This document shows positions 12,608 through 21,136 of a stretch of 32,000 bases of DNA, one piece after another (the first letter of the stretch is position 1; each line of letters starts with the position of its first letter). The notes beneath the pieces were generated by a model, which was not told the origin of the DNA, made no database searches, and worked only from the letters and a program-made list of their open reading frames with translations. The position numbers were made by a program, and so were the translations under genes. The stretch comes from Copranaerobaculum intestinale (lineage in GTDB: Bacteria; Bacillota_I; Bacilli_A; Erysipelotrichales; Erysipelotrichaceae). The stretch is taken from NCBI RefSeq assembly GCF_009831105.1, contig NZ_WUUQ01000001.1, positions 180,001 to 212,000 of the forward strand, in the 5' to 3' direction.

Positions 12608-12631
12608 AAATTTTTTCCTCTTTTCTTTTTT

Positions 12632-14173
12632 TTACAAAGGTATGTTCCCGTGTTTTTTTGATACCGTGCTCACACGTTTGCCGGAAAGCATATCAAATGC
12701 ATTAATGATATATTGACGAGTTTTGCTCGGAACAATAACATCATCGATGTAGCCTAAACTTCCTGCTACATACGGATTTGCGACCGTATCTTCATATTCT
12801 TTGATCTTTTCAACTCGTAAGGCAGCCGGATCATCCGCAGCCTTGATTTCTTTTCTAAATACAATATTCGCCGCGCCGCTGGCGCCCATAACCGCGATCT
12901 GAGCACTAGGCCAAGCATAAACCAGATCCCCGCCAAGCGCTTTACAGCACATTGCGATGTAGGAGCCGCCGAAACCCTTACGCGTGATTACGGTAATCTT
13001 AGGCACGGTAGCCTCTCCATATGCGTACAGCATCTTTGCCCCATGGCGTATGATACCGCCGTATTCCTGGGCACTGCCCGGCAGGAAGCCAGGTACATCC
13101 TGCAGAGTCAGCAAGGGAATATTGAAGGCATCGCAGGTACGGATGAATCGTGCCCCCTTATCGGATGCATCGATATCAAGAGAACCGCCCATCATATTCG
13201 GCTGATTGGCAATTACTCCGACGCTCTTACCATCTAAACGCATATAACCGCATATTAAATTGCGGGCAAACAGCGGCTGATATTCCATAAACGTACCGTT
13301 GTCACTTAAAGACTCAATAACTTTTTTCATATCATACGCTTTGTTTGCCTGTTCTGGTATGATCGTATCCAGCTCCGGACACAAACGATTTACATCATCA
13401 TCGCAGGCAACCTCGGGAGTCGTTTCCATGTTATTCTGCGGAAGATAGGAAAGCAGCTCACGAATGCAGTCAAAGCATTCCTCTTCATTATCAGACATAT
13501 AGTGAGCAACACCGCTTACCTCATTATGTGTTCTGGCTCCGCCTAGCGTTTCCTGTTCAATTTCCTCGCCGGTTACAGTTTTAATAACATCCGGTCCAGT
13601 GATAAACATTCTTCCCACATTATTGACCATCAGAATAAAGTCGGTTAAAGCCGGAGAATACGTTGCCCCGCCGGCACATGGTCCCAGAATAACGGAAATC
13701 TGCGGAATTACACCGCTTGCGGAAATATTTCTGGCGAAGATTTCGCCATATCCCTGAAGAGCCGCGATCCCTTCCTGTACCCGGGCACCGCCGGAGTCGT
13801 TCATACCAATCAGCGGAACGCCGGCTTTGATCGCCAGATCCTGTATCTTGGTAATTTTTTTCGCGTGCATTTCGCCCAGTGATCCACCCAGCACCGTGAA
13901 ATCCTGTGCGTACACACATACACGGCGTCCGTTGATCAGACCGAAACCGCAGACTACACCATCAGCCGGGGTTTTTTTAGAGGCCATGCCGAAATCAGTA
14001 CAGCGGTGCGTTACAAAGGCATCAATTTCTTCAAAGCTGCCTTCATCCAGAAGCATTGCGATACGCTCACGCGCTGTCAGCTTGCCGCTGGCATGCTGCT
14101 TCTCAATGGCCTTTTCTCCGCCCCCCAGGGCAATGACCTTCTTACGTTCTTTTAAATCGTCTATTTTATTCAT
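12632..14173 (-). CDS. Acyl-CoA carboxyltransferase (alpha subunit of a methylmalonyl-/malonyl-CoA decarboxylase type enzyme)
   Basis: 513 aa. GKLTARERIAMLLDEGSF, DFTVLGGSLGEMHAKKI, MNDSGGARVQEG, SVILGPCAGGATYSPALTDF, GIIRHGAKMLYAY and the C-terminal KKHGNIPL are typical of the propionyl-CoA carboxylase beta / MmdA family. Confidence 0.93.
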   Translation of the reverse strand: MNKIDDLKERKKVIALGGGEKAIEKQHASGKLTARERIAMLLDEGSFEEIDAFVTHRCTDFGMASKKTPADGVVCGFGLINGRRVCVYAQDFTVLGGSLGEMHAKKITKIQDLAIKAGVPLIGMNDSGGARVQEGIAALQGYGEIFARNISASGVIPQISVILGPCAGGATYSPALTDFILMVNNVGRMFITGPDVIKTVTGEEIEQETLGGARTHNEVSGVAHYMSDNEEECFDCIRELLSYLPQNNMETTPEVACDDDVNRLCPELDTIIPEQANKAYDMKKVIESLSDNGTFMEYQPLFARNLICGYMRLDGKSVGVIANQPNMMGGSLDIDASDKGARFIRTCDAFNIPLLTLQDVPGFLPGSAQEYGGIIRHGAKMLYAYGEATVPKITVITRKGFGGSYIAMCCKALGGDLVYAWPSAQIAVMGASGAANIVFRKEIKAADDPAALRVEKIKEYEDTVANPYVAGSLGYIDDVIVPSKTRQYIINAFDMLSGKRVSTVSKKHGNIPL

Positions 14174-14196
14174 ATAAATTCTTCCTCTTTCATTTA

Positions 14197-15384
14197 TTAA
14201 AGAATTCCTTTTGCTTTTACAGCTTCGATTTCCTCATCGCTAAGTTGCAGGTAATTCTTTAAGATGTCATCGGTATTCTCGCCAAGCAGAGGTGCTGCTT
14301 CACGATAACCACCTTTGGTTTCAGACATTTTAATCGGTGTATTAGCCATCTTGAACGGTCCGACCCCTTCGTGATTTGCTTCGACGATCATGTCGCGAGC
14401 AAGAACCTGTTCATTGCTGACAACTTTATCGACAGTATTGACATAGGTAACCGGAACATTCGCTGCAACCAATGACTCATACCATTCATCACTGGTTTTA
14501 GACAGGAATATTTCATCCATGATCGGCTTCAGCTGATCATAGTTCTTTGTACGCAGCGGATTTGCGACAAAGCGCTCATCCTCGATCAGTTCTTCATGAC
14601 CGGCGGCAGTACAGAATTTTTTCCATAAGCCATTGTTGCCGATCGCGACCATAACCTTGACGCCGTCCTTACAAGTGAAATCTTCAAATGGCGTAATGGA
14701 TGCGTGACGGTTACCTCTTGGCTGCGGAATTTCACCATTTACACAATAGCGGGCAATCGCATTTTCCAAAATCGCAACCTGGCAGTCCAGCATCGCAACA
14801 TCAACTTTTTGTCCCTTACCGGTCTTTTCTTTGTGATACAGCGCCATCATGACCCCGATTGCTGAGAACAGTCCGGCGGTGATATCCCCGATGGATGCGC
14901 CGACACGCGTATACTGGCCTTCTCCCGGCCCAGTAATGCTCATGATACCGCCCATTGCCTGAACGACTGCGTCATAAGCCGGACGCTTGGAATACGGTCC
15001 GGTATGACCGAAGCCCGAGCATGCGGCATAGATCAGTTCCGGATTGATTTTCTTTAAATCCTCATAACCCATGCCCAATTTTTCCATGGTTCCCGGTTTG
15101 AAGTTTTCAACCACTACATCTGCTTTTTCAATCAACTGTTTGACCAATGCGATACCTTCCGGATTCTTCGTATCCACGGTAATGCTTTTCTTATTGCGGT
15201 TGATACTCATGTAATAGGCGGACTCCCCATTTACATAAGGTCCGTATGCCCTTGAATCATCCCCTGTTTTCGGCATTTCTACTTTGATGACTTCTGCTCC
15301 GAAATCGGCAAGGATCATCGTACAGTACGGTCCCGACAATACACGAGTAAGATCGACGACTTTAATACCTTCTAATGGCAACAT
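14197..15384 (-). CDS. Family III CoA-transferase (CaiB/BaiF/Frc superfamily)
   Basis: MLPLEGIKVVDLTRVLSGPYCTMILADFGAEVIKVE is the canonical family III N-terminus. The track start at 15405 is TTG; ATG 15384 follows AGGAGG at 7 nt. Confidence 0.9.
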   Translation of the reverse strand: MLPLEGIKVVDLTRVLSGPYCTMILADFGAEVIKVEMPKTGDDSRAYGPYVNGESAYYMSINRNKKSITVDTKNPEGIALVKQLIEKADVVVENFKPGTMEKLGMGYEDLKKINPELIYAACSGFGHTGPYSKRPAYDAVVQAMGGIMSITGPGEGQYTRVGASIGDITAGLFSAIGVMMALYHKEKTGKGQKVDVAMLDCQVAILENAIARYCVNGEIPQPRGNRHASITPFEDFTCKDGVKVMVAIGNNGLWKKFCTAAGHEELIEDERFVANPLRTKNYDQLKPIMDEIFLSKTSDEWYESLVAANVPVTYVNTVDKVVSNEQVLARDMIVEANHEGVGPFKMANTPIKMSETKGGYREAAPLLGENTDDILKNYLQLSDEEIEAVKAKGIL

Positions 15385-15458
15385 TTCAGTTTCCTCCTTC
15401 TGCAACCCATTATGCTCAGCAGTTTTCTGTAAAATTCACAGTCCCTGCTCATACCCTC

Positions 15459-15487
15459 ATTATAAATAGGGTCGAAACGCATCTAAA
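15459..15487 (-). promoter_or_regulatory. Candidate promoter of the decarboxylase operon (TTTAGA-17-TATAAT)
   Basis: Minus strand: -35 TTTAGA (15487-15482), 17-nt spacer, -10 TATAAT (15464-15459). It lies about 70 nt upstream of the CoA-transferase ATG. Confidence 0.4.
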
Positions 15488-15679
15488 CATTGAAAAAAAC
15501 CTTTAAAAACTGAAGATTTAATACCTTTTATAGTTCTATATCAGGTATAAAAAGTAATTTTTTCTGCTTAACAGTTCCACAAAAACAGACTTTTTCCTTA
15601 ATATAAGGTAATTAAAATACAACATCTAATGGAAATATTCGGAAACAGTGATTTAATAACGGATTTTAACAAAATTGTC

Positions 15680-15709
15680 CGTAAACCAAATCCAATTTTG
15701 AAGTTTACA
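15680..15709. promoter_or_regulatory. BirA operator-like inverted repeat cGTAAAC-N16-GTTTACa
   Basis: GTAAAC (15681-15686) and GTTTAC (15703-15708) form an inverted repeat 45 nt upstream of birA. The left arm GTAAACCAAAT resembles the E. coli bioO arm TGTAAACCAAAT. The downstream BirA has an N-terminal HTH. Confidence 0.55.
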
Positions 15710-15753
15710 TAAAAGTATGAATTTTCTAAGATTAAGACAGGAGGTGATCCAGC

Positions 15754-16713
15754 ATGAAATCAGAATTATTGAAATTATTGATTCAGCATCAGGGAACGGT
15801 CGTCAGCGGTGAGGCAATCGCCCGATCTTTGCATATAACCAGAGCCGCGGTGTGGAAAAGTATCCGGGTGCTAATTGAGGAAGGCTATGATATCCAGCGG
15901 TTTCCGGGAAAAGGGTATGCCTTGAGCTTAACCGATGATTTGCTCAGTGAAGCTGCGATACAAAAGCATCTTCCGATCGATCATGACTTTCATATTGATA
16001 TCCGCAAAACGGTAACATCTACCAATGACGCCGCGAAAGAGCTCGCCTTTCATAATGCTCCCGAACGTACCGTGGTGATCAGTGAACATCAAAGCAAAGG
16101 CAAGGGACGAAAAGGGAAACAGTTTTATTCTCCGAAGCAGGCAGGTCTTTATATGAGCCTAGTACTAAGACCTGCGTGCTCCATTCATGAATCGCTTTTA
16201 ATTACAGCAGCCGCAGCGGTGGCAGTCCGCCGTGCTATAAAAGATGTCTGCGGCATTGATGCCGATATAAAATGGGTCAATGATGTGATGATCGATAATC
16301 ATAAAATTTGCGGCATTCTTTGTGAAGGAAATCTGGAAACCGACGCTGCCCGCTTTGAATGGGCAGTACTGGGAATCGGTATCAATTGCTGGGAAGAAAC
16401 ATTCCCGCAGGATCTGGAACCCATAGCCGCAGCACTGCACACCTATACTGACCAACCGTTTACCAGAGCAGCCCTGGCCGCTTCGGTTCTGACACATTTT
16501 GATGCATGTTATCGGCATTTGGATCAGCGTGAGTATCTTGATGAATATCGGCAGGCTTCCATATTGATGAACAAGCGGATCATTATCTATGAAGGGAATC
16601 ATATTATGGAAGGAACTGCGGTCGGGATAGACGAACAAGCAAATCTTTTGGTACAGATGAAAAATCGCACCCAAAAAGTTTTCAGCGGGGAAGTGAGCGT
16701 GAGAGCCCAATGA
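15754..16713 (+). CDS. birA: Bifunctional biotin-protein ligase / biotin operon repressor
   Basis: 319 aa with an N-terminal winged HTH (GEAIARSLHITRAAVWKSIRVLIEEGYDI), the ligase motif GKGRKGKQFYSP, and KWVNDV. Confidence 0.93.
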   Translation: MKSELLKLLIQHQGTVVSGEAIARSLHITRAAVWKSIRVLIEEGYDIQRFPGKGYALSLTDDLLSEAAIQKHLPIDHDFHIDIRKTVTSTNDAAKELAFHNAPERTVVISEHQSKGKGRKGKQFYSPKQAGLYMSLVLRPACSIHESLLITAAAAVAVRRAIKDVCGIDADIKWVNDVMIDNHKICGILCEGNLETDAARFEWAVLGIGINCWEETFPQDLEPIAAALHTYTDQPFTRAALAASVLTHFDACYRHLDQREYLDEYRQASILMNKRIIIYEGNHIMEGTAVGIDEQANLLVQMKNRTQKVFSGEVSVRAQ

Positions 16714-17237
16714 ATACAAAAAAAATGACCCTATCAGCCATTTTTACTGCTTTGATCTGTGTTGGTGCCTTTTTACGGATTCCAGTACCGATCGTGCCCT
16801 TCACCCTCCAATTTTTATTTGTCGTATTATCCGGCATGCTGTTAGATTGGAAATATGGGATGCTGAGTGTGCTTGTATATATCGCGCTTGGGCTGGCTGG
16901 ACTGCCGGTATTCACCAGCGGCGGCGGATTAGGCTATGTACTGCATCCAACCTTTGGTTTTCTGTTAGGATTTCTTCCCGCGGCAGCTATCAGCGGTTAC
17001 ATTACCCGACATATTCATCATCGTTTATCACCGCTAATTGGCGGAATAGTCGCCATCCTTTGTATGTATCTGATCGCTTTGCCTTATTTGTATTTTATTC
17101 TCACCTATGTCATGGATATTGCAATTACTATTCCCGCTTTATTCACTTCCTACTGCTTTATCTTTCTGCCCGGTGATACTGTCAGCGTCTGCTTGAGCAC
17201 TTTCCTGTATCGCCGCTTATCACACATTATTAAATAA
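16710..17237 (+). CDS. bioY: Biotin transporter BioY (ECF S-component)
   Basis: 175 aa with 5-6 TM helices. RIPVPIVPFTLQ and GGLGYVLHPTFGFLLGF are BioY-typical. The start overlaps the birA stop as ATGA. Confidence 0.9.
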   Translation: MNTKKMTLSAIFTALICVGAFLRIPVPIVPFTLQFLFVVLSGMLLDWKYGMLSVLVYIALGLAGLPVFTSGGGLGYVLHPTFGFLLGFLPAAAISGYITRHIHHRLSPLIGGIVAILCMYLIALPYLYFILTYVMDIAITIPALFTSYCFIFLPGDTVSVCLSTFLYRRLSHIIK

Positions 17238-17329
17238 TGATGTCAAATCGAAATGAAAGCATCAAAAAAGGAAGAAATTTGATCGTACGATTTTGAAAAA
17301 AGCGATACAATAGTGACAAAGGAGAATAA

Positions 17330-17698
17330 ATGATGAAACATATAGTAGAACGATTTGTAAAATCAACCGATCTGAATGATCATGGAACGCTGTTTGCCGG
17401 ACAAGGCTCCAGTTGGATGGTGGAGGCGGGCTTTCTCTCTGCCGGTGCCGCAGTACAGGGCAACCATCAGATTGTTTGCCGATGTATTCAAAATCTGGAG
17501 TTTCTGCTGCCGATTCCGCTGGGAGCCCTTATTCATATGGAAAGTGAAATAACCGCAGTCGGTACAACCAGCATTCAGGTGCACTGTGAAGCCTGCGGTG
17601 TGCTGGATCCGAATCAAATTTATATCCGTTCCGATATTATCTTTGTCACAACTGATAAAGAAGGAAACAAAGTACCGCACGGATTAACCGCACAATAA
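17330..17698 (+). CDS. Hotdog-fold acyl-CoA thioesterase
   Basis: 122 aa. DLNDHGTLFAGQGSSWMVEAG ... LEFLLPIPLGALIHMESEITAVGTTSIQV follows the YciA/BFIT-type thioesterase pattern. GGAG RBS. Confidence 0.7.
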   Translation: MMKHIVERFVKSTDLNDHGTLFAGQGSSWMVEAGFLSAGAAVQGNHQIVCRCIQNLEFLLPIPLGALIHMESEITAVGTTSIQVHCEACGVLDPNQIYIRSDIIFVTTDKEGNKVPHGLTAQ

Positions 17699-17733
17699 AA
17701 CCTACCGAAGCGCATTGATCCATTTTTAAACAA

Positions 17734-17777
17734 AAAAGCAGAAGCTTCAGCAAAACAGCTGATAAACTTCTGCTTTT
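17734..17777. terminator. Bidirectional rho-independent terminator (thioesterase / glyA convergent)
   Basis: Outer stem AAAAGCAGAAG / CTTCTGCTTTT (17734-17744 / 17767-17777) with an inner stem TCAGC/GCTGA. An A-tract lies upstream and a T-tract downstream. Confidence 0.65.
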
Positions 17778-17841
17778 ATCATATAACGTTCACATGTACC
17801 TATATCGTGTAAGATATTGCTTACCCTATTGAATAAATGTA

Positions 17842-19065
17842 TTAGCGCTCGATTGGAAATTGACCTGTTAATGCGCGAACTTCCTTGCGTATATTTTCAA
17901 TGTATGCCATATCATCAGGATGACTGAGTACCTCATGAATCCAATCTGCCACCTGTGTGAATTCCTTTTCTTTGAATCCCCGGGTAGTCATCGCCGGTGT
18001 ACCCAAACGGATGCCGCTGGTGACAAATGGTTTTTCCTGATCAAAAGGAATGGTATTTTTATTACAGGTAATCCCTGCCAGATCAAGCAGCTTTTCTGCC
18101 TGCTTTCCGCTCATGCCAATACTGCCTTTTACATCAACCAGCATCATATGATTATCCGTACCGCCGCTGACAATACGATAACCGTGTTCCTGCATACGCG
18201 CAGCCAAAGTCTTCGCATTTGTAAGGATCTGCTTCTGATAATCCAAGAATCCAGGCTCCATTGCTTCATGGAAGCAAACCGCCTTCGCCGCAATGATATG
18301 CATCAGCGGTCCACCCTGCATTCCCGGGAATACTTTCTTATCTAGCAGAGCTGCGTACTTTTCCTTGCAGAGAATGATGCCCCCGCGCGGACCTCTCAGC
18401 GTCTTATGCGTGGTGCTGGTGACAAAATCTGCATATGGCACCGGGCTGGGATGCAGTCCTGCTGCCACCAAGCCGGCAATATGGGCCATATCCATCATAA
18501 AATAGGCACCTACTTCATCCGCAATCTCACGGAATTTTTTAAAATCAATGAACCGAGGATAGGCACTGGCTCCCGCGATGATCAGTTTTGGCTTTTCCTG
18601 CAGGGCAACCCGACGGGCCTCCTCATAATCGATCGTCTCATCATCCCGGCGTACACCATAAGCACAAAAATCATAGATCGTCCCACTGAAATTCAGAGGA
18701 TGCCCATGAGTCAGATGACCTCCTGCGCTTAGATCCATACCCATGACTTTATCGCCTGGCTGCAAGACCGCCATATAAACACCCATGTTTGCCTGTGATC
18801 CGGAATGCGGCTGTACGTTGGCATGTTCAGCATGGAAAATTTCTTTTACCCGTTCCCTTGCCAGCACTTCCACTTCATCAATGTATTCACAGCCGCCGTA
18901 ATAACGCTTTGCCGGATAGCCTTCCGCATATTTATTGGTCAGAATACTACCTGCGGCTTCTAAAACATCGTGAGATACATAGTTTTCTGAAGCGATCAAT
19001 TCAATATTATAAAGCTGCCGATCGTGTTCCTTTTCGATCATCTGCGCAATTTGAGTATCGTTCAT
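17842..19065 (-). CDS. glyA: Serine hydroxymethyltransferase
   Basis: 407 aa. [10 protein letters not shown], the PLP-Lys context [14 protein letters not shown], and overall SHMT sequence. Confidence 0.98.
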   Translation of the reverse strand: MNDTQIAQMIEKEHDRQLYNIELIASENYVSHDVLEAAGSILTNKYAEGYPAKRYYGGCEYIDEVEVLARERVKEIFHAEHANVQPHSGSQANMGVYMAVLQPGDKVMGMDLSAGGHLTHGHPLNFSGTIYDFCAYGVRRDDETIDYEEARRVALQEKPKLIIAGASAYPRFIDFKKFREIADEVGAYFMMDMAHIAGLVAAGLHPSPVPYADFVTSTTHKTLRGPRGGIILCKEKYAALLDKKVFPGMQGGPLMHIIAAKAVCFHEAMEPGFLDYQKQILTNAKTLAARMQEHGYRIVSGGTDNHMMLVDVKGSIGMSGKQAEKLLDLAGITCNKNTIPFDQEKPFVTSGIRLGTPAMTTRGFKEKEFTQVADWIHEVLSHPDDMAYIENIRKEVRALTGQFPIER

Positions 19066-19445
19066 TCCTTTTCCTCCTTGTTTGTTTTATCAAACAGATA
19101 TTTTCTTATAAAAAAGATCAAAGCGATCGAGATCATTCCAAACAGGATCTCTAAGCTGCCTGAATGAGACATTACCACATAGCGGGCAACGACAAACAAA
19201 AGTACTTCCATCACTGATTCCGGTGTGTGCAGAATCAGCATCTTCACAAATTCAACCCCTATGACAATCATCAAACAGGCATTCATAACCAAATCTAAAG
19301 AGAAAGAACCTTTCAGTGTCAGCTGAAGGGTATCCTTGATTGTAAATAACAAAGCTGTCACAATCGCAATCACCAGCAGCACAGCTACCACTAGCTCAAT
19401 GATGCGCATGATTTTAATCATGAACGTCCGGCAGTTTTGTTCCAT
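19062..19445 (-). CDS. PsiE-family small membrane protein
   Basis: About 127 aa with 4 TM helices and a [11 protein letters not shown]...VVARYVV pattern like PsiE. I moved the start to ATG 19445 (MEQN...), because the track start at 19541 would overlap rpiB by 89 nt. Confidence 0.6.
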   Translation of the reverse strand: MEQNCRTFMIKIMRIIELVVAVLLVIAIVTALLFTIKDTLQLTLKGSFSLDLVMNACLMIVIGVEFVKMLILHTPESVMEVLLFVVARYVVMSHSGSLEILFGMISIALIFFIRKYLFDKTNKEEKE

Positions 19446-19452
19446 AACGTAT

Positions 19453-19896
19453 CTATTCCTTTTCCAGAGCTGCGACTTTCGCAATTCTTCGGACATGGCG
19501 CTCACCGTTTGAGAATGGTGTATCCAGCCATATTTTCGCAATATCTTTCATCAGCTCTTCACCGATAATGCGCTGCCCCATCGCTAATACGTTCGCATCA
19601 TTATGTTCTCTGGTCAGCCGTGCAGAGGTTGTTTCACTGCACAGCGCACAGCGAACCCCTTTTATTTTATTGGCTGAAATACTGACTCCAATGCCGGTAC
19701 CGCACATGACAATTCCGCGATCATATTCACCGCTGGCTACCGCTTTACCTACTGCAGCCGCAAAATCTGAATAATCACAGCTTTCCTGCGTAAAGGTTCC
19801 GAAGTCCTTTACTTCATGTCCCCAGCTTTTCAGTTCCTTCATTAAAATTTGTTTGTATTCAAATGCTCCGTGATCACAACCTATCGCTACTTTCAT
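19453..19896 (-). CDS. rpiB: Ribose-5-phosphate isomerase B
   Basis: 147 aa. MKVAIGCDHGAFEYK, GIVMCGTGIGVSISANK and NDANVLAMG are RpiB/LacAB-family hallmarks. Confidence 0.95.
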   Translation of the reverse strand: MKVAIGCDHGAFEYKQILMKELKSWGHEVKDFGTFTQESCDYSDFAAAVGKAVASGEYDRGIVMCGTGIGVSISANKIKGVRCALCSETTSARLTREHNDANVLAMGQRIIGEELMKDIAKIWLDTPFSNGERHVRRIAKVAALEKE

Positions 19897-20513
19897 CCTT
19901 CTGCTCCTTCCCAGATCTTTCTGATTTCCGCTTCTGTTATCAAACCGCTGCGGATAATTTGTAAGCTCCCGTCACTGACATCGACAATTGTGCTTGCCTG
20001 TGTTGCTTTGCTTTTTCCCATCACGATACCATCGATTCTGCCATCTAACTGATCCAGCACTTCATGATCAGTGACAGCACTGGGATAATCGGATAAATTG
20101 GCACTGGTAACTAATAGCGGCACTTCACATGCGCGAATCAAGCCTAATACAAAATCATCATCCGGCATGCGGATTCCGATGGTAGGAAACCCATTGGTTA
20201 CATATGCCGGCAGATCTTCCCGCTTTTTTAAGATAATTGTAAAAGCGCCCGGCATAAATGCCTGAATCAATGCTTTTGCCTTAGGCTCTACATAAGCAAT
20301 TTTTTCAATTTGTCCGACATCTGCCACCATTGTCGGAATCGGTTTTGCTTCCGGACGGCCCTTTGCTTCTTTCAGCCGCATCAACGCATTTTCATTATAA
20401 TAAACGACTCCCAGACCATATACTGTATCGGTAGGAAAGGCAATCACTTCTCCCTCTTTCAGAAGCTCTGCTACTACCGCTTGATCTTCTTTCTGATATC
20501 GGATCGTATCCAT
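19893..20513 (-). CDS. tsaC: L-threonylcarbamoyladenylate synthase (YrdC/YwlC/TsaC type)
   Basis: 206 aa. FPTDTVYGLG, RLKEAKGRPEAKP and LLVTSAN are YrdC-domain motifs. 4-nt overlap with rpiB. Confidence 0.9.
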   Translation of the reverse strand: MDTIRYQKEDQAVVAELLKEGEVIAFPTDTVYGLGVVYYNENALMRLKEAKGRPEAKPIPTMVADVGQIEKIAYVEPKAKALIQAFMPGAFTIILKKREDLPAYVTNGFPTIGIRMPDDDFVLGLIRACEVPLLVTSANLSDYPSAVTDHEVLDQLDGRIDGIVMGKSKATQASTIVDVSDGSLQIIRSGLITEAEIRKIWEGAEG

Positions 20514-20578
20514 ACCATCACCTCTTTCTAACTGGCATCATTGTATCACAGATAGGTACAGATAATCATCCGCGACAA

Positions 20579-20610
20579 ACAAAAAAAGGAATATTTTCAT
20601 CATATTCCTT
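20579..20610 (-). terminator. Rho-independent terminator after the 126-aa secreted-protein gene
   Basis: Stem AAGGAATAT / ATATTCCTT (20586-20594 / 20602-20610) with a 7-nt loop. A T-tract follows on the minus strand (complement of 20579-20587). Confidence 0.6.
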
Positions 20611-20617
20611 CTTATGA

Positions 20618-20998
20618 TTATTGAAACAGTTCCACAATGAAGCTCTTTGGTTTTACATTTTCCATACAAACGGATTCCCGTTTTAATTTTCCTTTTACAG
20701 TACTGCCTTCTCCATCTCCCTCTGTAATTATAAGCGTTTGTCTTTTCCAGCGCGCACTCACATCGGGAATCGCTTCAAACTTTTCCAGATTGTTCATGAC
20801 AATCGTCGCATAGGAATCTTTATCTAATCCCTTGGTCAGATAATCAAATATCTGCTGTACGTCATCCTTGATCTCATAGGTAGATGATGTTGACGAATCG
20901 TAATAGATACGATAGCTTACCGATTCACTTCCCTTACAGGAAACCTGGGTAGTTACTGCCAAAAACCAGATACCTATGATCAGCCAATACTTCTTCAT
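20618..20998 (-). CDS. Hypothetical small secreted protein / possible lipoprotein
   Basis: 126 aa with N-terminal signal sequence MKKYWLIIGIWFLAVTTQVSC and Cys21 as a possible lipidation site. I recognise no family. It lacks SpoIIR motifs. Confidence 0.5.
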   Translation of the reverse strand: MKKYWLIIGIWFLAVTTQVSCKGSESVSYRIYYDSSTSSTYEIKDDVQQIFDYLTKGLDKDSYATIVMNNLEKFEAIPDVSARWKRQTLIITEGDGEGSTVKGKLKRESVCMENVKPKSFIVELFQ

Positions 20999-21136
20999 AC
21001 TTCACCTCGTTATCAGCATTATGGGCAGCAATCACTTTTCTAAACGCGCAGGAATCATTTTCATAAAAGTTTTCAGGACAAACAGATGATTAATTTTGAG
21101 GTTTATGTTAAAATTCATGAGGAAATGAGGGATAGT

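Noticed and set aside
15385-15405. Longer N-terminal extensions proposed by the ORF track (TTG/GTG or upstream ATG starts) for the CoA-transferase (15405), rsmG (29007), biotin carrier (11049), FAD protein (21086), PsiE-like (19541), SAP-like (24921), TasA-like (31645) and regulator (9412).
   Set aside because: In each case an internal ATG is preceded by a well-spaced AGGAGG-like RBS and matches the family N-terminus. The longer version lacks an RBS or overlaps the upstream gene.
7395-17777. The 10 kb block as a mobile genetic element or genomic island with defined ends.
   Set aside because: I found no integrase, recombinase or transposase, no tRNA target, and no direct or inverted terminal repeats at the junctions. 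The RBS style and general composition look like the flanks. It is reported only as a synteny interruption.
20618-20998. Possibility that the small secreted protein upstream of tsaC is SpoIIR, which occupies a nearby position in B. subtilis.
   Set aside because: It lacks the SpoIIR hallmarks (IRLRILANSDS and NWWCVLFPPLCF-type motifs) and is about 100 aa shorter.
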